Shown here piece after piece: positions 1-8,781 of a DNA stretch of 64,000 nucleotides. The first letter of the stretch is position 1; each line of letters opens with the position of its first letter. The position numbers were made by a program, and so were the translations under genes. Source of the stretch: Nitrospiraceae bacterium (lineage in GTDB: Bacteria; Nitrospirota; Thermodesulfovibrionia; UBA6902); contig QZJG01000060.1 in assembly GCA_003599275.1 (NCBI GenBank), positions 24,854 to 88,853 on the forward strand, read 5' to 3'. A model generated the notes under the pieces. That model did no database searches and was not told the origin of the DNA. It worked only from the letters and a program-made list of their open reading frames with translations.

Positions 1-582
1 GTTTCTTTCATTGAATTTAAAATCATCTTTCTGTGCAGTAATCAAGTGATCAAATACTCCGAAATAAGTATTTGCCGACTCACCTTCTATCCCGCGCAGG
101 ACTTCCAAATCTGACTCAATCTGCAAACTTCTCAATGCGCTGTTGCATTTATTGACCGCCCTTGTGATTTCTCCGGTATCAACCTTCTCAGGATGATCAC
201 GCAGCACACGTGAAAGCACGGTGCGGCAGTTGGCGATCTTGCCGGTCAATATTGCTTTTGCAATTTCTACTGATGATTTACAATCGTCTGCACGGCGGTA
301 CTGCTCACGTCTCAAAAGAACATTGCCGGATACAGGTCCCTGGACCTTTGCAAGGAATCTGCCGTTTTCCGTCATGAAGCTTATTGCTACACCGCTCTCA
401 GCACAAAAGCCCATCAGGAAAGGGCTGCACGATACTTGTCCAAAGCAGACAATCCCGCCGAGCGTATGAATTGGAACACGCAGACGGACGTCGTCCTCGA
501 CCTTGACGACAACCGTTTCACCTTCTTTGAAAAGATACGACCCCTGAGTTGTGATAAATAATGTGTTGAGATGTTTTTTCAT
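1..582 (-). CDS. cas1: CRISPR-associated endonuclease Cas1, type I-C (5' part; runs off the window edge)
   Basis: Not in the ORF track. Manual minus-strand translation from ATG at 582 gives MKKHLNTLFITTQGSYLFKEGE...FLAKVQGPVSGNVLLRREQY...LRGIEGESANTYFGVF, open to base 1. Typical I-C Cas1 N-terminus and LRGIEG motif. Confidence 0.95.
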   Translation of the reverse strand, partial: MKKHLNTLFITTQGSYLFKEGETVVVKVEDDVRLRVPIHTLGGIVCFGQVSCSPFLMGFCAESGVAISFMTENGRFLAKVQGPVSGNVLLRREQYRRADDCKSSVEIAKAILTGKIANCRTVLSRVLRDHPEKVDTGEITRAVNKCNSALRSLQIESDLEVLRGIEGESANTYFGVFDHLITAQKDDFKFNERN

Positions 583-583
583 A

Positions 584-1627
584 TTATTTGTGTCTCTGTT
601 TCTTCTTTTTTTCTATAGCCGCTTCTATCTTTTTCAACTCTTCATCATCAGCAAGAGCTTCCTCCTCCGCCTCTATTGCAAGCCGGTTACGGTTAAAGAC
701 CTCAAAGTGATCAAGAGCCAACTTACCCGCTACTTCTTTGGCGACCTTGCCGGCGTTAGTCAGAATGTCCCTTTCGTTAAACTGCAGGAAAGCATCCAGT
801 TTTTTCCGCCAGTCGCGCATGAAAATCTGCCTACGGCGTTTGGCCTGATCTTCGGCATAATTCAGGTACATTTCAACAATGCGGTTGAGATGCTCGATCT
901 CATTATGATTCAGATAATTTTTAGCAATGGTCACATCCCCCCTGCGGACTTTGGCCCCCTTCCATGAGGTCAATCCCATATTGGGCTTCGATGCATCCGC
1001 CCGATCAGAGATTATTTCCGCCGCAGTCTTGCCGGATACTGCAAAGTGCAGCTTGTTCTGAACAATGCTGAAAAATTCCAGGGTTTCCTCTGCAGTCGGA
1101 TCATAATCTGCCGCAAGTTTATAGATGTCGCGGATTTTCTGGTAGAAGCGCTTCTCGCTGGACCGGATGTCCCGTATCCGCTCAAGCATCTCATCAAAGT
1201 AATCGGAACCAATGTTATTTATTTCTTTCAGCCGCTCATCGTCCATGGTGAAACCCTTGATTATGTATTCCCTCAGGCGCTGGGTCGCCCAGATACGGAA
1301 CTGTGTGCCGTTGAGAGATTTCACCCGATAGCCTACGGAAATGATCACATCGAGGTTGTAGTGAGCTGTGTCGTAAGTTTTGCCGTCAATGGCAGTTATC
1401 CGGAATTTCCGGATAACTGATCCAGACACAAGCTCGCCCTCTTCAAAGATATTCTTAATATGTTCGTTAATTGTCCTGACATCTTTTTGAAACAGATCAG
1501 CCATAAGCTTCTGAGTTAACCAGACAGTCTCATCCTGCAATTTCACTTCAATACGAGTCTTGCCGTCTTCTGTCTGATACAGAATCAATTCGCTTTGAAT
1601 TGGAACTTGTTCTTTATTCTTTTTCAT
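584..1627 (-). CDS. RhuM-family (Virulence_RhuM) putative DNA-binding protein
   Basis: 347 aa; ILYQTEDGKTRIEV...VWLTQKLMADLF...YNLDVIISVGYRVKS..GTQFRIWAT..LREYIIKGF signature of the RhuM family. Start overlaps the cas4 stop (ATGA); stop lies 1 nt before the cas1 ATG. Confidence 0.85.
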   Translation of the reverse strand: MKKNKEQVPIQSELILYQTEDGKTRIEVKLQDETVWLTQKLMADLFQKDVRTINEHIKNIFEEGELVSGSVIRKFRITAIDGKTYDTAHYNLDVIISVGYRVKSLNGTQFRIWATQRLREYIIKGFTMDDERLKEINNIGSDYFDEMLERIRDIRSSEKRFYQKIRDIYKLAADYDPTAEETLEFFSIVQNKLHFAVSGKTAAEIISDRADASKPNMGLTSWKGAKVRRGDVTIAKNYLNHNEIEHLNRIVEMYLNYAEDQAKRRRQIFMRDWRKKLDAFLQFNERDILTNAGKVAKEVAGKLALDHFEVFNRNRLAIEAEEEALADDEELKKIEAAIEKKKKQRHK

Positions 1628-2241
1628 TCTTCCACCACCTTCAAAAGATAATTACTCGCCTTTTTACTCATCTTCGGCAGGCATAGCTCAATCAGCGAAC
1701 ATTTCTTGCACTTTGCCGAATACTCAGCCTTCGGAGTAATGCCCGATTTAATAAGCTCACGCAATCGCATCGCTGCATCCTCCGTCTCCTTCCGTAATGC
1801 ACTATCAAAGTTCACATCATACCTGTGACGTGTCTGCCCGTAAAATAGCGCGCCCTCCGATATCTCAATGTCCATCATCTCCTCAAGGCACATCGCCTGT
1901 GCGCAGAGTTGGACCTTATCACAGTCATCCAGCTTGGGCTTGCCCCTCTTGTATTCAACGGGAAAGGGAATCCATTGCTCACCCGTTTTATGGAACTCAA
2001 CCACATCCGCCTTGCCGATCAATCCAAGCCGGAGAGAACGCATCGGCACACCGTACTCAATCCGAATCTTACCCCGTGATTCCCTGTTTGCAGTATCAAC
2101 TTTCTCATGCATGATCTTCCCCTCGGCAGTTAGTATGTTTTCAGACCATAGTTGCTCAATATGGATTAACGCACACTGCCTCTCGCAGAATATTATATGC
2201 TGTAAAGCTGAAAGCTGAATGAGTTCGTCTTCGGAATACAT
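1624..2241 (-). CDS. cas4: CRISPR-associated protein Cas4
   Basis: LSALQH..FCERQCALIHIEQ.W.EN, RecB-like ADVVEF/PVEYKRG, C-terminal CKKCSLIELC Fe-S cysteines. Start moved from 2313 to ATG 2241 (MYSEDE). Confidence 0.95.
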   Translation of the reverse strand: MYSEDELIQLSALQHIIFCERQCALIHIEQLWSENILTAEGKIMHEKVDTANRESRGKIRIEYGVPMRSLRLGLIGKADVVEFHKTGEQWIPFPVEYKRGKPKLDDCDKVQLCAQAMCLEEMMDIEISEGALFYGQTRHRYDVNFDSALRKETEDAAMRLRELIKSGITPKAEYSAKCKKCSLIELCLPKMSKKASNYLLKVVEE

Positions 2242-2243
2242 AG

Positions 2244-2549
2244 TTATTTTTTCCCCTCTAAAAAGAGGGGAATGGATTGGATTATGCGGAATATGCCTTC
2301 GGTATTGGCGCAATCGGTTTCATAGCTCTTGCCATCAGGCGCTTCCAATTTCAGTTGTCGACAAAATGTCAACAACTCAGCGCCCTCTTCAGTTTTAACT
2401 CTGATTTTCATTTTGTACCAGTAATCCCGAGGATTCACGCTATCGGTTAACACTGAAACGACATCTACCACAGAAAACCACCATTCGTTGTTATGAATTA
2501 TTCTCCTGACTTCTTTTCCTCTAAAGACAGCGATATTTAATTCTGTCAT
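2244..2549 (-). pseudogene. Bro-N domain protein, C-terminally truncated
   Basis: VRRIIHNNEWWFSVVDVVSVLTDS.NPRDYW.KMK...QLKLEAPDGKSYETDCANTEGIFRIIQSIP is a Bro-N domain. It stops just after IQSIP, where family members normally continue (SPKAEPFK.WLA). AGGAGG RBS upstream. Confidence 0.7.
2251..2272. repeat. 9-bp perfect hairpin TTCCCCTCT-AAAA-AGAGGGGAA
   Basis: Read directly. It lies at the point where Bro-N is truncated, just upstream of cas4. Confidence 0.8.
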
Positions 2550-2641
2550 CTTACCTCCTTGCCCAATTTACGTGCCACTCTATTTGTCTCATTCTCGCTG
2601 TGAGACGGGATGAGTTGCGGGAAGTCTTTTTGGTTGGTCAT
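2546..2641 (-). CDS. Putative 31-aa small ORF (MTNQKDFPQLIPSHSENETNRVARKLGKEVR)
   Basis: GAGGGGG RBS-like sequence upstream; its TGA overlaps the Bro-N ATG (ATGA). No homology recognised. Confidence 0.3.
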   Translation of the reverse strand: MTNQKDFPQLIPSHSENETNRVARKLGKEVR

Positions 2642-2673
2642 TGTGTGTTGTCCCCCTCTGTGATTTCTTGAAA

Positions 2674-4881
2674 TTATATTATGCTGCCTACCTGTGAAAC
2701 TGATATTGTTTGTAGAATCCCTCTCATATACCCCAAGAAGTCATTGTAAAAGTCTGGATAGCAGAAGTACAAATCTTCGTATCTACCAATCCTCGGTAAA
2801 CGCAATGCATCAATCTGGTCTCTGCGCATTCTAACGGTCAAAGTCTGCATTTCCCTTCTTGTCGGCTTCTCCCTATTTTCAAGTCTTATTTTAAATCCCT
2901 CATCAACAATAACCGTAACCATCTCATTGTCTTCTATAACTTGAAACAAGTTAGCGACACTTGGATAATTGGCTCGGTTCTCAGCTTGTACTATCAAATC
3001 ATCAATAGCCATGCCGGTATTTTTTTCACGAATTTCCCTCAGCAATGCTTCTGTGCAGAAATCAGGGCCGATTTTCCCCTCGTCAAAAAGCTTTGCCAAA
3101 ACAGCAGCAGAGGTCTTGAAATGTTTGTGATCCCTGAGAACCTCATCTTTTTTAATATAAAAACACCATAACTCACAATCCGCACCATACTCACACTGCC
3201 TATTTACCCGTCCGCCAAGCTGTATTGTGCTCCCAAGGCTGCTCATCTCCCTTGCGCCAGAACGAAACGAGAAGTTTAGCCCTGCCTCAGCGCAGGTAGT
3301 AGCTACAAGTGTCCAATCCGTATCCTTCTTGTCTTTTAGTCTCAACTTGATTTTTTTAAGCGTATTTTCTCGGTCAATAGGGGTAAGTGCTGTTGAGAGA
3401 TGCTCAACCACATCTCGGCCTCTATTGTTCTCAATCTTATCAGCTAAGGCTGCCGCAGACTGAACCGTGTTCATAACAACGATTCGCGGACCTTGCAGGT
3501 CATGCACCCACTGATACAGCTCATCAAGACTCATAGGATTTTTCTTCAGACGATATGCAATTCTGGTCTGCTCATGTTGTGCAGCCTTCATGTAAAGAGT
3601 GTCCCCTGCAATTTCTGGAACAATAGTTTTTGTATCTGAGAATTCTTTCAGGTGCCAAAAATGAGAAAGCGAGCCGGAACCAAGAACAACATGGCACCCC
3701 CAGTTTTCTACCAAGGCTTGTAACCATTTCCATGCCTGAGGCCAAAGATGTGCTGGAAGAGCGGCATGTGCCTCATCAATAAAAATCGCAGCACCTGGGA
3801 GGTTGTGAAGTTTTCTGAGTGATGAGGGTCTATTACCTGCAAGTGTCTCAAAGAACTGAACAGCAGTTGTCACTGTGATTGGGGCACTCCAGCGAAACGA
3901 AGAAGCCATTAACAATTGATTCTTGTATTCAGCTTTGTGATGATGAGCAGCCACTATAGCTTCAGTGTCTTCACCGGGGAGAATCAGTGCTTTGCGGTAC
4001 GTTTCTACAGACTGATCAATAATATTGGTAAACGGCAGCACAACAAAGACTCGGCGAAGGCTGAATTGCTCTGCCACTCTCAAGAGATGAGCCATCACAG
4101 AGGTTGTCTTGCCGGTTCCAACAGGCATGCTGCAAGCATTAACCCCTCTATTCTTTGGTTCTGTACTTTTGCAAATATGATAAAACTCTTGCCTTACAGC
4201 AAGCCTTTCAGGGGTAACTTCTTCTGTTGGAAGTGAATGGATATGTGCATCAAGACATTCAAGCCTTTTTGCCGGATAAAGAGGAATGTCAGCTGCAAGG
4301 ACCTCCCCTCCGTAATGCCTTGCTGTATCAGAATGATCCGCATCAACAAGACAGGAAAGGGCCATCCGGTAGAAAAGAGTATCCTTCGGCTTCCCGCCCT
4401 CTGACAGTTCATTCACTGAATTCTTTATTTCTGATGCGTGTTTTGTGAGATAATCCCTCAGATTTTCATTGGTAATATCCATTAACGTTTTATTAGAAGA
4501 GATGACTCGATTAACGTTCCTAAATTTATGCTCCTTTGATAGCTCCTCCCATATCGAGGGAATACCTCCATGATGTGCGAACACAGAGAGAGCTGCGGGC
4601 AGATGGCTTTTTAAGAGAAGAGCCGTACCAGCATCCTCATGTTTTACAGGAAGTTTCTTCTGTGGCTTATCCGAAAGGACTTTTTGATTTGCCGCATCAA
4701 TCTTCCCTAAGTCGTGATACTCAGCAGATGTGCATACTGACGACATGAACAGTTCACCACATGCAATGTGCGGAAGTACGCCCGACGCAAAAACCTTAGC
4801 CATTCGCATTACCTCCGACACATGCTCCAGATATGACTGTTTCGGATAGCCATAGCGTGCACTGTGTGCTAAAAGCTCCAT
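2674..4881 (-). CDS. cas3: CRISPR-associated helicase/nuclease Cas3 (HD + SF2 helicase), compact I-C type
   Basis: HD motifs LAHS, EH, YHDLGK, KHE, AHHG, LVDAD; helicase motifs PVGTGKT, VLPFTNIIDQ, DEAH, EAG, QLGGRVNR; 735 aa. Confidence 0.95.
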   Translation of the reverse strand: MELLAHSARYGYPKQSYLEHVSEVMRMAKVFASGVLPHIACGELFMSSVCTSAEYHDLGKIDAANQKVLSDKPQKKLPVKHEDAGTALLLKSHLPAALSVFAHHGGIPSIWEELSKEHKFRNVNRVISSNKTLMDITNENLRDYLTKHASEIKNSVNELSEGGKPKDTLFYRMALSCLVDADHSDTARHYGGEVLAADIPLYPAKRLECLDAHIHSLPTEEVTPERLAVRQEFYHICKSTEPKNRGVNACSMPVGTGKTTSVMAHLLRVAEQFSLRRVFVVLPFTNIIDQSVETYRKALILPGEDTEAIVAAHHHKAEYKNQLLMASSFRWSAPITVTTAVQFFETLAGNRPSSLRKLHNLPGAAIFIDEAHAALPAHLWPQAWKWLQALVENWGCHVVLGSGSLSHFWHLKEFSDTKTIVPEIAGDTLYMKAAQHEQTRIAYRLKKNPMSLDELYQWVHDLQGPRIVVMNTVQSAAALADKIENNRGRDVVEHLSTALTPIDRENTLKKIKLRLKDKKDTDWTLVATTCAEAGLNFSFRSGAREMSSLGSTIQLGGRVNRQCEYGADCELWCFYIKKDEVLRDHKHFKTSAAVLAKLFDEGKIGPDFCTEALLREIREKNTGMAIDDLIVQAENRANYPSVANLFQVIEDNEMVTVIVDEGFKIRLENREKPTRREMQTLTVRMRRDQIDALRLPRIGRYEDLYFCYPDFYNDFLGYMRGILQTISVSQVGSII

Positions 4882-4887
4882 GTCTTT

Positions 4888-5883
4888 CTACCTCATCCGA
4901 TCCATAAGGTCTTCTATCGTGACCCTGCCATCGAACTGTTTGAAAATGTCTGGATGATCCTTCTTATTCGGGATAGTGTATTCACTTCGCACAGCAGACG
5001 GCTTATCTTTAGCCTCTCTTTTTTTAGGCATTAGCGCATCAATCAGATCAAAATCATTACAAGAGCCTCTCTGATTGTTATGCTCTGCGTACCAAGCGTG
5101 CAATACCTCAACCTGTGTCCGAATGGAAGATGGATTGTGCGAATATACATAAGGAATGAGTTCCAGAGCAACATCCACATCCTGCTTTGTACAGCCTGTT
5201 ACGCTGGCTGGTGTTGGGCTAACAAAAAAAGGAATGGCGTAAATTCCATGCTCAACGAATTTAAATGCACCCGGCGCCATGCCAGCAGTTTTTCCCGCTT
5301 CCACACCAGCCTTGTTCGTCATGGTAAAGTCAGTGCGAACACTAACCGGAGCGACCGAAAGTCCGAGCCCAAAGTGAACTACGCCTGTTTTAATATTTTT
5401 TTTGAGAGCAAGCGCTTCTTCTGCTTTTTTATTCTTACCGTTATCCGCCTTTGACGGTTTTTCTGCAGTTGAACTTTTTTTAGGTTCGTCCTCTGCTTCT
5501 TCCAAAAATGTGTTCCCAAAAACACGCCCGTCCCAATATGTCTTAACAAACCGTTTTTCTTCAAGAGGCTTAGAATCATCCTCTATAATCGTTTTTTTAA
5601 TTTCACCGCGTTTTCTATCACGTTCCTCAAGGATTTGAAAACGAGTCGCATCCAGGCTGAATTTATTTTGCAAGTAGAGCCAGATAGGTCCTTTTTTATT
5701 CCCAACAAGGTCTCTCATTTTACGCCTGACGGATACATGTGAGATTTCCCCAATATCTCCTCTACGCTTTCTGGGGGCTCCGTCACGTTCTGGGTCACCG
5801 TTAGGATTTGAGTTCCGCACTTCAACAATAATCAACCCTGTTGCTCTCTGAATGTCATTGCTTTTTGCCGTATCGCTTGTCAT
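4888..5883 (-). CDS. cas7: Cas7 (Csd2/Cas7c-like) Cascade backbone subunit
   Basis: VRNSNPNGDPERDGAPR, GEISHVSVRRKMRD and WDGRVFG motifs; lies between cas8 and cas3. Confidence 0.88.
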   Translation of the reverse strand: MTSDTAKSNDIQRATGLIIVEVRNSNPNGDPERDGAPRKRRGDIGEISHVSVRRKMRDLVGNKKGPIWLYLQNKFSLDATRFQILEERDRKRGEIKKTIIEDDSKPLEEKRFVKTYWDGRVFGNTFLEEAEDEPKKSSTAEKPSKADNGKNKKAEEALALKKNIKTGVVHFGLGLSVAPVSVRTDFTMTNKAGVEAGKTAGMAPGAFKFVEHGIYAIPFFVSPTPASVTGCTKQDVDVALELIPYVYSHNPSSIRTQVEVLHAWYAEHNNQRGSCNDFDLIDALMPKKREAKDKPSAVRSEYTIPNKKDHPDIFKQFDGRVTIEDLMDRMR

Positions 5884-5885
5884 AG

Positions 5886-6302
5886 CTATTCTCCTCCTTC
5901 ATTTTTTTGTTCATGGTTATAATCTGAACTATAATCTTTCTTTGATCCATAAGAAAGATACCCCAGCAACACCTTAGCCTTTTCTGAATCAGTAATCTCC
6001 GTGGGAAGCTGTGCCTTCGATAACTCGTCCGTTAATTCCGCAATTCTCCTGATACAATTCTTTGCTATTTGACCAGGTTTTTCATCCGTACTAACACGTT
6101 TTGCCCAAGAAAGATATGGATGTGCAAGCCTGCTGCTCAAAGTCAAGAATGCCTCCAATGGGTTCTGTAATGCCAGTTTCATGTTATCATTCCCCAAAAG
6201 ACTGATAGGAACATTCCCTGATCTTACATCCATATGATATTGGATGTAGAGGTCATCAACCACTGCAAAATATCTTCCGAGATAAAACAAATTTTCATTC
6301 AT
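5886..6302 (-). CDS. cas11: Putative Cas11 small subunit translated in frame from inside cas8c (138 aa, MNENLFYLGRY...)
   Basis: AAGGAAGGAGG-attac-ATG: perfect Shine-Dalgarno 5 nt before an in-frame ATG at 6302. Internal Cas11 translation is established for I-B/I-C/I-D. Confidence 0.65.
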   Translation of the reverse strand: MNENLFYLGRYFAVVDDLYIQYHMDVRSGNVPISLLGNDNMKLALQNPLEAFLTLSSRLAHPYLSWAKRVSTDEKPGQIAKNCIRRIAELTDELSKAQLPTEITDSEKAKVLLGYLSYGSKKDYSSDYNHEQKNEGGE

Positions 6303-8084
6303 GTAATCCTCCTTCCTTATTCCTTTCTTAAATAAAAGTAGTCCGTATAGAGATGGAAGCATGTGCAGATAAGATGTGTCCTTGAACTTAATCTTTGCTC
6401 CCGTTTTATGGTAATCATGGCAAGCCTTTAATGCTGCCGAAATAATAACATTAGAAGTTATTTCAACAATAAGAGTGAGCCCCGTTTCAATACGTTGACC
6501 AATAATCTCATCTCCTTCAAAAAGAAAATCCAGCGCCTCATCAGCCGCGAATCGCCGCGATTGAGTACGTAGTGTTCCGTCTTGATCCCAATCGCTGTTA
6601 AGAAGTTTGATGGCTTCTATGGGGTAAAGAGGGATGGCATCTCTCGTACTTCTCTTCTCACCCCCATCCTTCTTCTTATTAAGAGAGATCCACGGCAGGC
6701 TTACACTTGGGATGTTAGCATTACATGCTTGCCATCGGGACGCCCCCTCTGTGAGTTGGGGCAATGAATACTTGCGGCTGGCAAGAATTTTAGTATTGCC
6801 ACGGTCTACGGCAGCCAAAACATAAAATGATATTTTTGCATCCGGCTTTTGCTGAGCTACTCCATCAAAAGGTGTCAATGCAAGTTTTGTAGCCGCTTCG
6901 CTTCGATATATATCCTTGTCGGAATCATCTTCCTCCCTGTCAAAAAACTGCAAAGCATTTGCATCTTTCAATTCTGTGCAATAGGCAACGACAACAGTTT
7001 TGCGGCTATTCTTCTTGGGCTCATACCGCGTAAGGCTTCTCCATGTAGTTCCTTCCATTTTTTGATTCAGGATATAATCCATGCCTTTGGATGCCATCTT
7101 TCTAATTTCGGAACCTGCAGAAAATAAAGAAGGCCCTTCAAGACCATAACGGCTAAGACACGGAATTTGAGGGTTTGCCGAAAAAGGAACTATAGGACCG
7201 AGTCCACCTACACTAATGGGAGAAAAAATCTCGACAGCCCCAGCAGAGTCTCTCCCATATGCATCGGGCTGACCAGTCGGAACATAGTGCATTTCACTAT
7301 AAGACTCAAACCGCGTTCTCATCCAATTCTGAATTTTCGTAGAATATGGTGGATATTTCTCTATCTCAGGGTCAGGAGGATATTCATTCCAGTCCTCAAT
7401 AGTCAGAAGGTAAAGAAAATCTTTTCCATGCTCCTTACCTCTCCGTTTCTTCTTTCCCTTGTCCTTAACTGCAAAGAGAGCTTCGGCATAAACCTTTTCA
7501 CCTGTTTCTATTAATTTCTGCATTAGTATAGAGCAGACGCTTTTTTGTAGTTCCTCTGGTTCACATGCACGTGAGCGATTGATAAGCTCCTCCAGCACTT
7601 GGTAGGGTTTAGGAATTTCTCCGATCATTGTTTTTATGATATCGGGCGTATCCTTGAGACACTTGCCAAGCCAGTCCATATCATCACGCCAAAGGTTATT
7701 ACATTTGGTCATCAGTTCATTTAACACAAGGTCTTTGACCGGTTTTATTGCTCTTGTGCGTGAATTCGTCAAGTTTCCTATAAACGAATGGATGTCGTTT
7801 TTATTATCCGATGAGAAAGCAGGTAGAGGATCTGGTATTTCAAATAAAGCTCTGACATTGAACGCTGGAAAAGTAGGTGTATGATTATCCTCTTGCCATC
7901 TATAAACCTCCTCAATTTTAAAGTCTGTCAGTGCACTTATGTCGCTAATCTTGCCAGATTCGTCCAAAGACAAACTAAACGCAGCCTTCCCTTTGGGACA
8001 CTTTCTAAAATGAGGATACGGAGTGTTGAAATCGCATCCGAGTTTCTTGAGTGCGCCGTAAATATCCACCAATTCATTCAGCAT
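5886..8084 (-). CDS. cas8c: Cas8c-like large subunit (divergent, 732 aa)
   Basis: Lies between cas5 and cas7. The C-terminal helical segment (FYLGRYFAV.D.L...ALQNP...F..L...LLGYL) resembles the Cas11-like tail of Cas8c. The N-terminal part is divergent. Confidence 0.75.
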   Translation of the reverse strand: MLNELVDIYGALKKLGCDFNTPYPHFRKCPKGKAAFSLSLDESGKISDISALTDFKIEEVYRWQEDNHTPTFPAFNVRALFEIPDPLPAFSSDNKNDIHSFIGNLTNSRTRAIKPVKDLVLNELMTKCNNLWRDDMDWLGKCLKDTPDIIKTMIGEIPKPYQVLEELINRSRACEPEELQKSVCSILMQKLIETGEKVYAEALFAVKDKGKKKRRGKEHGKDFLYLLTIEDWNEYPPDPEIEKYPPYSTKIQNWMRTRFESYSEMHYVPTGQPDAYGRDSAGAVEIFSPISVGGLGPIVPFSANPQIPCLSRYGLEGPSLFSAGSEIRKMASKGMDYILNQKMEGTTWRSLTRYEPKKNSRKTVVVAYCTELKDANALQFFDREEDDSDKDIYRSEAATKLALTPFDGVAQQKPDAKISFYVLAAVDRGNTKILASRKYSLPQLTEGASRWQACNANIPSVSLPWISLNKKKDGGEKRSTRDAIPLYPIEAIKLLNSDWDQDGTLRTQSRRFAADEALDFLFEGDEIIGQRIETGLTLIVEITSNVIISAALKACHDYHKTGAKIKFKDTSYLHMLPSLYGLLLFKKGIRKEDYMNENLFYLGRYFAVVDDLYIQYHMDVRSGNVPISLLGNDNMKLALQNPLEAFLTLSSRLAHPYLSWAKRVSTDEKPGQIAKNCIRRIAELTDELSKAQLPTEITDSEKAKVLLGYLSYGSKKDYSSDYNHEQKNEGGE

Positions 8085-8721
8085 ATTCGAGCCTTCCTTT
8101 CACGATGTTGCGACCGCTCTCGTTCTGGACATATCTTGGAGAACGAACCCCAGTGACTTGGTCGTATACGGAGTACAGAAACGACGACAGGACTTCATTT
8201 GCCGAAGTCTGGACTTCCGTATTATTCCTGAATGGACCTATGTAATTGGGCACAAATTCACGCCATCCAAGACAAGGAGTGTCATGAAACTGACCTCTAA
8301 TCAACCGCCTTTTGAAACGTTCTTGCCCATAATGACATGAATTGACTTCGGCAAGTTGTCCCGCTTCTTTGAGAGTTTTTGGAACATACTTGAAATCCTC
8401 AATCCTCGCGTAAAGTCTATAACAAACATTAATGAGAACTGTTGCCTTATGCTGAAAAAGATTCCCTTTTCTTATAGACTCGTCCTTTCTCAGCGGGCCT
8501 CCATAGTTTGTAGTGTAGTCGTGATAGACGATTGGAGCGCAGAGTTCCACGGCTGTAGGGATGATGATCGCATTCTTCAAACGTGATATCGATTCAAATA
8601 GTCCTTTTGCGGCCGACCATGTCGGCACGGGATAGCTGATCGGTGTCGCTCCTGTGTCCGGTCTTGTCCACATAGCTGTTGGCCCCGCGATTTCAAATGA
8701 AACCTCGTATGATTTTTCCAT
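8074..8721 (-). CDS. cas5: Cas5 (Cas5c/Cas5d-like)
   Basis: EIAGPTAMWTRPD...SYPVPTWSAAKGLFESI and RRL.RGQF...PCLGWREF motifs of I-C Cas5. No cas6 in the locus, consistent with I-C. Confidence 0.88.
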   Translation of the reverse strand: MEKSYEVSFEIAGPTAMWTRPDTGATPISYPVPTWSAAKGLFESISRLKNAIIIPTAVELCAPIVYHDYTTNYGGPLRKDESIRKGNLFQHKATVLINVCYRLYARIEDFKYVPKTLKEAGQLAEVNSCHYGQERFKRRLIRGQFHDTPCLGWREFVPNYIGPFRNNTEVQTSANEVLSSFLYSVYDQVTGVRSPRYVQNESGRNIVKGRLEYAE

Positions 8722-8752
8722 TTACAAGCCCTCCCTTCTTTGTAGCTTTTTG

Positions 8753-8781
8753 ATTTTATGCTATCCTGTCAGCTTATACAA
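8753..8781 (-). promoter_or_regulatory. Putative sigma70 promoter for cas5 (TTGTAT-N17-TAAAAT)
   Basis: Read on the minus strand, 17-nt spacer, about 30 nt upstream of the cas5 ATG. Overlaps the stop of the cas3 remnant. Confidence 0.45.

Noticed and set aside
2563-2577. Sigma54-like motif TGGCACG-N4-TTGG upstream of Bro-N
   Set aside because: The essential -12 GC dinucleotide is GG, and the site is too close to the RBS.
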